From the NCBI RefSeq assembly GCF_000143415.4, contig NW_003314321.1, positions 1,126,236 through 1,190,235 on the forward strand: DNA of 64,000 nucleotides, in the 5' to 3' direction. The notes below the pieces were generated by a model. The model ran no database searches. It had not been told where the DNA came from and saw nothing but the letters and a program-made list of their open reading frames with translations. Every line of letters begins with the position of its first letter. Positions within the stretch are counted from its first letter, which is position 1. Source of the stretch: Selaginella moellendorffii (lineage: Eukaryota > Plantae > Lycopodiophyta). Below are positions 25,373-36,155 of the stretch, piece by piece. The translations under genes were made by a program, and so were the position numbers.

Positions 25373-26772
25373 TCACTGCTTTGCCTGCGAGTAAGCAAAA
25401 AAGGTGTCACGACTTGAGTTAAATAGCTAGCGTATGCTGTACCTGCGAGTAGAAAAACGTTCCCAGCACGGCAATGGCAGCTCCTACGGCATTGATGGGC
25501 TGGATCGGTGTCCGGAAGATGATTATGGAGGATACAATGACTGAGACTCGCTTCATGGTGTTCCCAATGCTGAATGTGAGCGGAGATATTTCATCCAAGG
25601 ACATGTATGAGACTTGGTTGTAGAGGTGATAGAACACGCTCTGGGCCATGACCCACCTGCATTGAGTTGAGATGAGATACCATCACTCGCTCCCTAATAC
25701 ACGTACCAGAAGAGTTGAGGCCCAACGTTTTGGACGGCAACATTCCACCCAGAGATCCACTGCTGTGGTGGCTCCACTACGAGCGCAAACGGCGTGAGGA
25801 GGACCAGCGACATGATGCTGAGGCAGGCGTAGTAGTTTAGGCCTCCGACTGCCTTGCCAGCCTTCATTCCTTTCTTGGAGAAGATGTTCCTAAACACGAA
25901 GGCAATGTTGGACACCATCGCCCCCACAAATCCTGAAAGAAAGACGTGAAACTCGGATCGGCTCAATCACTCAGCTCATAGGCGTACCAGTCATGTTGAA
26001 GTTGAGCTCTGTGAGAGCCGCAAGACCGCAGCCACCTACGATCGGTATCAGCGAGAGGTAGACGGGGAGGGAGAAGTGCTCTCCCAGAAAAAGGCGTTGG
26101 ATCACCACGCTAAATGCCGGTTCCGAGCTCTTGATAATGTGCGTGAAGGAGACAGCCACCTTGGACATGCTCACCGTCGCTGCTACGTGACCAATGGTAT
26201 GGGCCAAGGCTACCTGTACAGGAGAACACAATAGAGATTGTTATTTCTCGTTTAGCCAAGCATGAGCGAGAGCTTACCGGGAAGAGCGATTTCCAGAATT
26301 CCACATCTGTGTCGGGTGGAGCGACGAGCCCTGTTGCCCATGACAGAAACATGAGCGTGGAGCCAGCGAGCAAGGAAAGCGTGGACGTGAGCCATGGGAA
26401 GGGGTAAGCGTTCAAGACTTTCTTGTTGTAGATGTTGAATACAACGTTGAGGGACCACCATGTCACGAAGTAGATCCCAATCTTGAGCCTGTTCATGGGA
26501 GCTGCTGGCTCGGCGCTACTTGGCGGCGCCGTCTCGCCTTGGTTGGCTTCATACGTCTCTGCCTTGAATGATGCCCGGGGCTGCTGCCTACTAATCACTC
26601 CGCCGATGAGCAGTGGCTCAAGCTTGAGCTTGTTGGTGGACGAGAACTGAGCTGTTGCTGCTGCTGCTCTTGGCCTACAATAGCGAAGGCCCGAATTGGC
26701 AGCAAGGCACGGCCTGCAGATTGAATCCATCCTGCTCGAAATCATCACGGTCGATGGCATGCTGCTAGCCAT
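25373..26772 (-). CDS. GPT: Plastid glucose-6-phosphate/phosphate translocator, copy B
   Basis: Same core and intron positions as copy A, divergent transit peptide, ends AKQ*. Confidence 0.95.
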
Positions 26773-26952
26773 TCGAGCACCCTCTCGTTGCCACTAAAAG
26801 TCTAGCTGCGCATCGACTACTACTACTGTTACCACTTCAATTGGATTGCGCATTTGTGATCCTCCAGCACGCGCAAGCCCTGGATAGAGCAGCGCCGCTC
26901 CCTCCCCTACCTCTCCACAAGCGCTGGCGATAATGAATGATCCATGTAAGTC

Positions 26953-28815
26953 CTACGTGGCCGAAGATGCCCCCTGGCATATTCCCACCGTTGAAACCAA
27001 TGCCCCAGCTTGCGGCATGCTCCAGGTGTTGGCCAGCAGCACGTAGCCCGCACAGTCTTTGGGCTCCAACGCAAACACGCGGCTGGCCGCAAGCTTGGAG
27101 CCGCTGCTGCTGTTCATGAGCAGGCACCTCCAGTCCTGGGCAGTGGGCACAAACGGCATCGCCGCCACCAGATCGCGGGCCGCCTCCGCATGGCCAGCAC
27201 GGCTTAGCACGTCCACCATGCAGCCGTAGTGCTTTTGTGTGGCATGCAGCAGCTGCAAGTCGCTGGCCATGGATCTGAACAAGTGCAGCCCGGTGGCGAG
27301 TTGGCCAAGGCGGCTGCACGCCAGCAGCGCGCACACGAGGGTGACTTCGTCGGGCATCTCCACCAGCAGCATGCCGTGGAGCACCTCCAGCGCCTCACTC
27401 GCACTGCCGGCGGTACCGCGCTGCGCATACGCCGCCAGCACCGCATTCCACGACACGACGGCTCGCTCTGGCATGCACCCGAACACTTGCCTGGCTTGCA
27501 CCGTGCGCCCCGCCGCCGCATAAGCCGATAGGAGTATGTTCCACGAGAAGAGGTCCCTCTCCTGCATCGAATCGAACATGAGCTGGGCTTGCTCCAGCTC
27601 CCCGCAGCTCGCATAGGCCGACAGCATGCTGTTGCAAGAGACGAGGTCACACTGCTCAAGCTCCTGCAGCACGCTGAACATCCGCTTGGCCTGCCCGACG
27701 TGTCCGTGCTGTCCGTAGCAGCACAGCATGACATTCCAGGAGACGAGGTTGTGCTCCGGCATGCTGTCAAACACGAGCTTTGCCTCCTCCATGCCACCAC
27801 CGTGTTGGGCGTAAGCGGTGAGCATGGCATTCCAAGAGATGACATCCCTCTCCTTTCCTATGGCATCAAACACACGCCGAGCCTCGACAAGGTGCCCGTT
27901 CTGACCATACGCCGTAACCATCGCGTTCATGGTCACCACGTTCCACTCAGGCATCTCATGCAAGAACAGTTGCTTGGCCCGATCCATGCTACCACTGTCC
28001 GCTTCCAGGGACAGGCGTGTGTTCCAAGAGCACAGGTTCTTTTCAGGCATGGAGGCGAACAGGGCCACTGCGTCGCTCACACGCCCGTTTTGAGCATTCG
28101 CCGCCAGCATTGCGTTCCAGCACACTAGCTCCCATTCCGGCATTGCATCAAACACGGCTTTGGCCTGCTCAACGACTGCGTTTTGTGCATAGGCCACCAG
28201 CATCGCCGTCCAGCACACCAAGTCCCTCTCGGGCATCCCATCAAACATTCGCTTGGCCTTGTACAGATGCCGCCTTTGAGCATACGCTGACAGCATAGAT
28301 GTCCACGACACGAGGTTCCTCTCCGGCATCGCGTCAAAGATACGCTTGGCGCAATCGAGCCTCCCATTTGCTACAAAGGCCGCCAGCATCGCTGCCCAGG
28401 AGACGAGGTCCCTCTGGCGCATGCTGCAAAACACTTGCCATGCTTCGCCCAGCATCCCCTCCCGGCCGTAAGCATCCAGGATGCTTGTCCAGGACACGAG
28501 GTCGTGCTCGGGCATGGCTTCAAACACCTGGCGCGCCTGGCGTGTATGCCCACTTCGGGCATACGCGGACAGCATGAGCACCCAGGAGAAGAGATTCCTG
28601 GCCCAGGGCGCGATCCCATCGAACACGGCGCGCGCACGCTCCACGCTCCCGCAGTTGGCATACATGTGAAGCAGCATGTTGGACATTTGCACGTCGGCAT
28701 GGAGAAGGTGCTGGACCTGGGAATGAATGCTCTCCGCCACTGACAAGCTCCGGCACGACTTCATCGCTTGGATGTAGCCTCTCCGGTCCAAGCCCAAGCC
28801 GCCACAAGCATTCAT
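26953..28815 (-). CDS. Intronless PLS-class PPR protein with E domain, no DYW
   Basis: Tandem 31-aa motifs (MPERNLVSWTSMLSAYAQ), then PDEVTLVCALLACS..HYGCMVDVLSRAG..MPFVP..W..LL..YVLLAN. Confidence 0.93.
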   Translation of the reverse strand: MNACGGLGLDRRGYIQAMKSCRSLSVAESIHSQVQHLLHADVQMSNMLLHMYANCGSVERARAVFDGIAPWARNLFSWVLMLSAYARSGHTRQARQVFEAMPEHDLVSWTSILDAYGREGMLGEAWQVFCSMRQRDLVSWAAMLAAFVANGRLDCAKRIFDAMPERNLVSWTSMLSAYAQRRHLYKAKRMFDGMPERDLVCWTAMLVAYAQNAVVEQAKAVFDAMPEWELVCWNAMLAANAQNGRVSDAVALFASMPEKNLCSWNTRLSLEADSGSMDRAKQLFLHEMPEWNVVTMNAMVTAYGQNGHLVEARRVFDAIGKERDVISWNAMLTAYAQHGGGMEEAKLVFDSMPEHNLVSWNVMLCCYGQHGHVGQAKRMFSVLQELEQCDLVSCNSMLSAYASCGELEQAQLMFDSMQERDLFSWNILLSAYAAAGRTVQARQVFGCMPERAVVSWNAVLAAYAQRGTAGSASEALEVLHGMLLVEMPDEVTLVCALLACSRLGQLATGLHLFRSMASDLQLLHATQKHYGCMVDVLSRAGHAEAARDLVAAMPFVPTAQDWRCLLMNSSSGSKLAASRVFALEPKDCAGYVLLANTWSMPQAGALVSTVGICQGASSAT

Positions 28816-28824
28816 CCTTGTTTC

Positions 28825-30318
28825 TTATTGCTTGAAGAAGAATTTCCATATCTCTCTTACATTTGACGATCCATCCGCAAACTCGGCAACGAGATGAGCT
28901 CCTAGGACACCTGGGCCACGAAACCGAGTGTTATTCTTTCTGTTAGCAAACGAGATGCAAACCTTGCTCCTCGACCATGTGCTTAAACAGTCGAGTTCCA
29001 CCGCCCACGCCGAAGTAGTGCTTCTTGCCGGCAACATATGCCACTCCATAATATGGCCGCAGGCACTGAGCAAGCAAAGCCAGATTTTTTTCCTTGTGTA
29101 AAGAAAGACGGTGCGGTGCGGTGCGTACCTTAGCCATCAAAGCATAGAGCTTGGGAAACGAAGACACCGAGTATATGGTCTCCGACATGAGAACAACGTC
29201 GTAGCCGCCCTCGTCCACGCTCTCTTCCCTCCTGCTGTCACAAGCCCGGCTTCCGGACCGCTTTCTACTCCTGCTGAGCTCCGTTTGGCTCTCACTCCGA
29301 ATCATCTCCGGCTCCGAGGCATCCGTGACCGCACTGCTACCGTCGATGGTGTCTCGATCGTCCGCACTTGATTTGACCGTGGAGAGCAGGCAGCCAACGT
29401 TGTCCCAGTCACCAGCAAAGTACTGGACTTCGGGAGCAATCACCGTTGACCTGGTCGGCGTGAGCGCATCAGTGGACTGGGACAGCCGAGCACGAGCGTA
29501 ATCGAGGTTGGCATGCACGTTTGGGATCGTCAAGCACTTCAACACCTCAGCGTTGAAATCTTGAAAGTGGACAACAGAAGCGCCCTGCCACCAAAACACG
29601 AGCAAAGTTTACCACCGGTTGCTTCAAATGACTGACTAGCTAGACCCGAGCTGACCTTGATGCACGCCAAGATTCCCGGGAGACCATGGCCACACCCGAC
29701 CTGGGACAAAGCCAATTTTCCTTACTCTAGAACAGGCAGGCAGTAGACAATATCGTACGTACTTCCAGAACGCGCTTGCCCCGGAACGAGAGTTGCCCGT
29801 CTTGAATCTCGCGCCTCAAAGTGTCCACGAGATCGATGGCGCATTCCCACAGCTTAAAGCCACCTTCAGGAGGAGTGATGGTTGAGAAAAGAAAAATGGG
29901 CCACTTGACACACACACCTTCGTATTTCCCAGGCACGAGGTCCGAGTTGGAGATGCCAAGTATCTCAGACGCATTGATTCGGCCCTGTGTTTGCATGGCG
30001 CGCTGGCTGAGATCACAACGAGGAACAAAGAGGGACTGACCCTGAGAAGCGTGAAGCCGCCATGGAGAGGCACCGAGTCGAACTTGATCTGTTTGGGGCA
30101 GCTCGCGCACTGCAAAGGAGTGCGTGGCGATGAGAATGCCACTCCGCATATGAGAATGTAGAACCTGTTACCTCGTTAGCGGGCACTTGGAGTGGCGCGG
30201 GGAGAGGAGGAGCAGCAGCAGCATCACCAGCAGCATCACCAGCAGCGGCGTCGTCGTCGGAGCCGGGCTGGAGGATGCAATGGTTGGACAGGCACGACAG
30301 GATAGCCGGTGGCTTCAT
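28825..30318 (-). CDS. Histidine protein methyltransferase (HPM1/METTL18-like)
   Basis: SDLVPGKYEGGFKLWECAIDLV..GKRVLE|GCGHGLPG..FQDFNAEVL..YFAGDW..YDVVLMSETIY..GKKHYFGVGGG. Confidence 0.9.
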
Positions 30319-30366
30319 CTTGCTCCCAAAAGCCCTAGTTTCCCGAGCTAGGGTTTATGCCCGTTC

Positions 30367-31004
30367 ATGATCATGTGTTCTTCTGCCGCGACGCGCGCGG
30401 GAGGGGACGATGATCCGCGGCGGCATGTCGTTGTTGTGGAGGGCCTGGCCCCCGCCGTGAGCGCCGCTGCGGTGGAGGCGGCGCTGCGGCAGTTTGGAGA
30501 CGTGCGGGCGGTGGAGCTTGTCAAGAACCCCGTTGATCCCAAGCAGCAGCTGGGGATTGGGCGCGCACTGGTGACCATGGGCAGCGCGGCCGATGCCGAC
30601 AACGTGGTGACGCACCTGCACAAGTTCCTGGTGATGATCGGTGGCACGCCCAGGCCCGTGACCGCCGTGCATGGCAGCGGGCATTTCAGCTGTAAGCAGC
30701 AGCCGAGACGTGGCAGGGAGACGGAGATGAGGGTGGTGAGATCGCCGGAGCTTGCGCAGCTCAAGCGGCTGCATGACAAGCACAAGCGGGAGATGGACAC
30801 GCTTTGCAAGGTCTGGAATCTCTTGGTTCTTGTTTGATGGTCTCAGGAGAAAGCCAGCAGCTTCACGCAGAGGCGGAGGAGGCACTGGCTGAGGCGCAGG
30901 GCAAGCAGATGAGCAGCTACTTCAAGATGTTGCACAGCCTGGAGAATGAGGATGCAAGCGTGGCCAAGCTCAAATCCATGTACCACGTCCAAGACGACGT
31001 TTAG
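30367..31004 (+). CDS. RRM protein, ASI1-immunoprecipitated protein 1 (AIPP1/EDM3)-like, 2 exons
   Basis: RRM (HVVVVEGL..ALRQFGDV..RALVTM), MIGGTPRPV motif and helical C-terminus (LKRLHDKH..EEALAEAQ..Y..). Confidence 0.7.
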
Positions 31005-31079
31005 CCCCTGGAGGTAACTATAAGCGTTTTCGTTCGTCATTGTTGTCGTCACTATCGACATTCTATAGGCATAGCTGCC

Positions 31080-31723
31080 TCACAGCTTGGCTCTGGCCGC
31101 CACAACGTCCTTGAAGTGAGCCCCTTTGGAAGCGTTTGGGAGACCGACCACAAGCGTCACTCTGGAAACCGCAATGACTGAGGAATTGGTGGAGGAAGGA
31201 TCAGAAGAAGAATCCGAAGAAGAAGAAGAAGAAGACGCCGGTGGAGCCCATAGTTTTACCTCCCAGACCTGGGCATAGTGTCATACAGAACAGATGATGA
31301 TGATGATCACACAGGCAAAGAAAGGAAAATTTGGTTGGTTTGTGTCACACCTGTATCCGGCGTCCGACGAGAAGGGGTAGTGCGTCGACGGTCACCCGGT
31401 GGCCCAGGGGTACCGCCCGCAGGTGGTTGATGTTGAGCTCGATTCCCGCGACGCGCTCCCACTTGGAAGCAATCTGGGCACCCATGCTTGCCACGGCCTC
31501 GGCAATGAAGGCCGAGACGCCGCCGTGCAGCACGCCAAACGGCTGATCAACAACGCTCTGCCTGCTTGAGTATGGATTCACGACGGTGGCTCACCTGGCA
31601 CGAGTTGCGGGAGACGACGAAGGTGCCGTGGACGCCCTCGGGTGTCGCGGACGTGAGCTTGAACCCAATGTAGTCGAGCACGGCGAGGCCGGATATGTGC
31701 TGGTCCGATGACGATTCCTCCAT
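31080..31723 (-). CDS. DHNAT: Hotdog-fold thioesterase, DHNA-CoA thioesterase-like, peroxisomal
   Basis: QPFGVLHGGVSAFIAEAVASMGA..VAGIELNINHL..GRRIQVWEV; C-terminal PTS1 AKL*. Confidence 0.88.
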
Positions 31724-32078
31724 AGCCTACCAATGCGTCTAGCCCCAAATTTGACAAAATTGTATCATGATGTGGATAAAGGCAATTCCACTATTTAAAT
31801 TCTACCTACCCTTGGTTCCATTCCATCATCTTCCAGAAGACAAGACCTCTCTTATCATAGTTGCTTGCAAAGGTAAGGAACTTGATGCGCCCTATAGCTA
31901 GCTTTGCATTTTCATGACAAGAGAGAGAGAGTGGGCTTTGTTGCTCCAACACGGTGTCGACGTGTCCACCCGCCGACTGACACGTGGACAGCTAACGGGT
32001 GCCTACAAAAGGGGGTTTAGGGCTGGTGGTGAGAGGGAGAGCGAGAGAGCGAGAGAGAGAGGGAGGAAGCGCGTGTGT

Positions 32079-32376
32079 ATGCCTGCTGCTGCTTGATGCC
32101 CGCCGCCTGCCGCATGACTCCTTTCAATCCTGTCTTCTTTATGTTCCTCTTCCTCGTCTTTCCTTTCAAGTATCTCCACTTGTGTTTGATAGTCAAGCCG
32201 TTAATACAGGGCAGCGCGCCCGTGTCTTAGATTCGTCCATCTGCCAGATCGTTGCACTGCTATATGGCTCCAGCATCGCAAAACAAAGGAGGTATGTGTC
32301 ATCCCTTTCCCGGATCGTTGTTTGCTTGCACACGCTTGCTTACGCTTGGAGACTGCGCAGGGGGCCGCGTCCATGA
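32079..32376 (+). promoter_or_regulatory. uORF-containing leader of PAO: tiny uORF, 44-aa AUG uORF and an AUG-less overlapping frame
   Basis: ATG 32079 MPAAA* overlaps ATG 32096 (TGATG), which runs to TAG 32230. A third frame (..[25 protein letters not shown]..) overlaps the main ATG and stops at 32376. Confidence 0.7.
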
Positions 32377-34353
32377 TGGTCCGCCGTCTGTGATTGTTGT
32401 TGGGGCTGGAGTCGCGGGTCTCGCAGCCGCGAGGGCCCTGCACAAGGCTTCGTTTAAGGTATGGTTGTTTTCCTATATGTCAATCAAGAGCACCGAGCCC
32501 AATGGGGGGGCTGGCAGGTCACGGTTCTGGAATCGCGTGGCCGGATTGGAGGCCGAGTTCACACCGACTATTCGTTCGGTTTCCCAGTTGATATGGGCGC
32601 GTCCTGGTAAGCACTAGCAATCTCTTGCTGCCTGATATTTTAACTTGCCTTTGCGTGTTTGCAGGCTACACGGCGTGAGCGAAGACAATCCTCTGGCGTC
32701 CGTGATTGGGCGCTTGGGCTTGCCTCTTTACCGCACCAGCGGCGATAATTCTGTTCTCTATGACCATGACTTGGAAAGGCACGTTGCTTTGTGTGTGTTT
32801 AGGCTGCATTTGTAGGTGCATTCTCATGAGCATGGTGGCTGGTGGCTATGGTTAGCAGCAAGCCCGAGTAACCACCATTTCTCACAGGTGAAATCTCCAC
32901 CTGCTTACGCCATATCTCCAACCTGAAATCTTGTTGCTGGCTTCGCTGCTCAAGCTTTACTGAACTTTTCCCTTTCCTCCAGCTATGCACTGTTTGATAT
33001 GGACGGGGTCCAAGTTCCACCGGAGCTGGTCTTTCGAGTTGGCGAGTCGTTTGAAGCGCTTTTAGAGATGGTACGCGTTTTTGGGGCTTGCAGCTTCTGC
33101 GACTGACATGTTTTTGTTTCAGACCAAAAAGATTCGAGAAGAATTCCCCGAGGACATCTCTGTGTCCAAGGCATTCTCGGTCGTGCTGGAAAGGCATCCA
33201 GAATTAAGGTAGTGGCGATTTTCTGCATTGGTGTGATGACTACTAACAACTGCATTGTAGACAAGAAGGCCTGGCCAAGAAAGTACTCGAGTGGTATCTA
33301 TGTAGGCTAGAAGGCTGGTTTGGAGCGGACGCTGACCAGATATCTGTGCGATGTTGGGACGAGGTATGTTGTTTGTTGGCCAAGAGGGCTTAGTTATGAA
33401 CACTTTGGTGCACAGGAGGAGCTGCTTGAAGGGGGCCACGGGCTCATGGTCCGGGGGTATTTCCCCGTCGTTCGACATCTAGCGGAGGGTATAGATATTC
33501 GGCTCAACCATAGGTGAGTGAGTTAAGCCCCATTCTCACAGGTTGCTTATGTTTTGGTATGCAACAGAGTCGTTCAAGTGATTCGACATAGTCAAGGAGT
33601 GAAGATTGTTACCGAGGATTCCCAAGTGTTTGAGGCGGACGCTGCAGTTGTGGCTGTTCCCGCGGGTGTTTTGAAGGCCAAAATCATCCGTTTCGAGCCG
33701 CGACTGCCGGCTTGGAAGGAAGAAGCTTTTGCCGGCCTTGGACTTGGCAATGAGAACAAGATTGCTTTGTGCTTTGACGTGGTGTTTTGGCCGAATGTGG
33801 AGTTTCTGGGCGTGGTTGCTTCCACAACGTACGGCTGCAGCTACTTTTTGAATCTGCACAAGCCAACGGGCCATCCCGTCCTCGTGTACATGCCCGCTGG
33901 CCGCCTCGCAGACGATATTGAGAAGCTGTCGGATATGGAAGCTGCGAGCTTTGCATTCGGCCTGTTGCAGAAAATCCTTCCAAATGCCGCCAAACCTGTA
34001 AGTAGTTTCATTCCTCGTGGTTTGTCAAGGTTGACGGAACCCCATTGCAGGTCAAGTTCCTGGTATCACGCTGGGGGTCCGACATCAATTCTCTGGGTTG
34101 CTATACCTACGATATGGTTGGGAAGCAACACGAGCTGTATGAGCAGCTGCGGGCTCCCGTGGACACACTCTTCTTTGCCGGCGAAGCCACTAGCGCGAGC
34201 TTTCCTGGCACTGTGCACGGTGCCTTCGCCACTGGGGCACTCGCGGCGTCAGAGTGTCGCAAGGGCCTCGTTGAGCGCGGCAAGTGCCTGGAGCTCTTCC
34301 AACCTGCAATGGCGGCCGAGGACATGCGACCCTTGCAAATCTCTCGCCTTTGA
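32264..34353 (+). CDS. PAO: Peroxisomal polyamine oxidase (PAO2/3/4 clade)
   Basis: [83 protein letters not shown]; PTS1 ISRL*. Confidence 0.96.
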
Positions 34354-34368
34354 TTCTTCTCTCGTCTA

Positions 34369-36085
34369 TCATTTGTAGTCGAGGCTGGACAAGCACAACG
34401 CAAAAGCCTACGGACACACACATTGCTATTGTTAAGGGAATGTAGTTTAATTCGCTTCAGGAGTTACCTGAAATGCTGATATTGGATATCTGTAGTCCAT
34501 TGTGTAGATATTCTTGTCAACCTGGGTGCCGTGACATTGTCATGCTGCGCACCAAAAGAAATTACAATAATAAAAGCACCTTTATGAACTGGAGAGCAAT
34601 GCAGTTCCTCGCGTTCTCTGCCACCAGCTGGAGCCACCACAGAAGAAGAGCTACAGATAGACATAAAATCACGCAAACCTGAAAGTTCCGTTTCGAGGCC
34701 TGGCCGTTGCACTCTTCAACGTTGCACTTGTTGTGCAAGACCGTCATCCTGTCAAGCTCTCGACCGCTCTTGTACTTGTCAAGGATGGTACTTGAGCCCT
34801 TTGTCAGCGGCTGGAAGACACAAGGCTTGAGGTCCTCAGCCAACGCAGGTATGACGGCCGTCATCCTCCCGCGCCCTCTTCCAAACACATTTCTCCGGTA
34901 AATCACGCCGCCAACCTCCACTCTCACGCTCTTGGACGACAAACTGTCAAGTTACCCAGCGCGCGTTAAAGCCCGAGCAGCCAGCCGAGGTGTTAGAAAG
35001 CCTCAAAGACCAACCATTTACCAGGCTCAAATGACGGGCGCTGGCCCTTGTCATAAACCAAAAACTCGGTCCTCACAAAATTGGAACGCAGCTGCGAGAC
35101 AGGACACATTGTCAAGATGAGCTGAGCGAGGACAAGAGCTCCACCACCTTTCCAAAGTAGTTCCCTGTCTTGTTTGATATGTCGTTCTCGTCTATAGAAA
35201 TGGCATAGTTGCTGGTCCTGCTCTTTTTCCTCTTCCTGGCAGACAAGAGAAAGCGGTCCCTCTCGCCCAGGCAAAGCTTGTACCTGGTAGCAGCACAAGT
35301 TATACGGAGAGAGCGAGCGTAGATGCAATACCTTGAGTAGAGCATGTTAGGCTCGTGCTTTCTGTATATGTGGCACTGGAAGTGGCCACCGCTCTTGGGG
35401 CCCGGAGCATTGAGAAATACTCGAAAGTCCAGGATGTCGGGCACGAGTTGCCTGAAGCACGGAACGTCCCTGTGCGCTGGATCATAAACAGGAGTGATGC
35501 CTTGCTCTAGCAGGCGCCGTTCCAAAGGATCCTACACTTCACAAAGTCAAGCTAGTTGGTTGTCAGCCACCACAGTCGGAAATAGGAATCGCGATGGCGG
35601 CCTCCTTCACCTTGGCTTCGAAGTCCCTGCAGCGATGGTAGGTCCAAATCTCATCTGCGTCATTGGCATCCTGGAGCTTCCGTGCCTGAAGTGGCACTGG
35701 TAACGTTGAGAGGTTTTCTATGACCGTATAGCTTACCTTGTCCTCCATGAACCGGCTGCGAAGGCTGTCTTGCATCAACTCTTTCCTTCTCACCGGCAAT
35801 GGCCTCGACACCTTCCAGGCCTTTTTACTGATGATCACACAAACACACAGATCAAGTAGAAAATGAGAATGCGCAGGGGCGGCTCACCCATCGCAGACCG
35901 AGGCATTCATTCGGGCAGGAGCTGAGACGCTGGACCTCGGGGAGAGAAAGTCATTGAGGACGAGCCCTGCGAATTAAAGAGGTGGGAAAGTTGGAAATGA
36001 GGGAACGAGAGCGCGCGCGCGCGCTCCTACTTGGAGAGACGTGGGCTTGATCGGTGGCAAGCTTGTTGGATGGATGGCTGCCCAT
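34369..36085 (-). CDS. Tubby C-terminal domain protein without an obvious F-box (TLP8-like)
   Basis: [23 protein letters not shown]|[50 protein letters not shown]|[12 protein letters not shown]. Start codon tentative. Confidence 0.85.
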
Positions 36086-36155
36086 GGCGAATGATCCTGG
36101 GTAACGGTGGATGACCTAAAAAATTTGGAGTGTTAGGGTTTTTGCGTGCGCGGCA

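Noticed and set aside
17373-25375. GPT stop codons exactly 8000 bp apart
   Set aside because: Numerical coincidence; flanks and introns differ, so not an assembly duplication.
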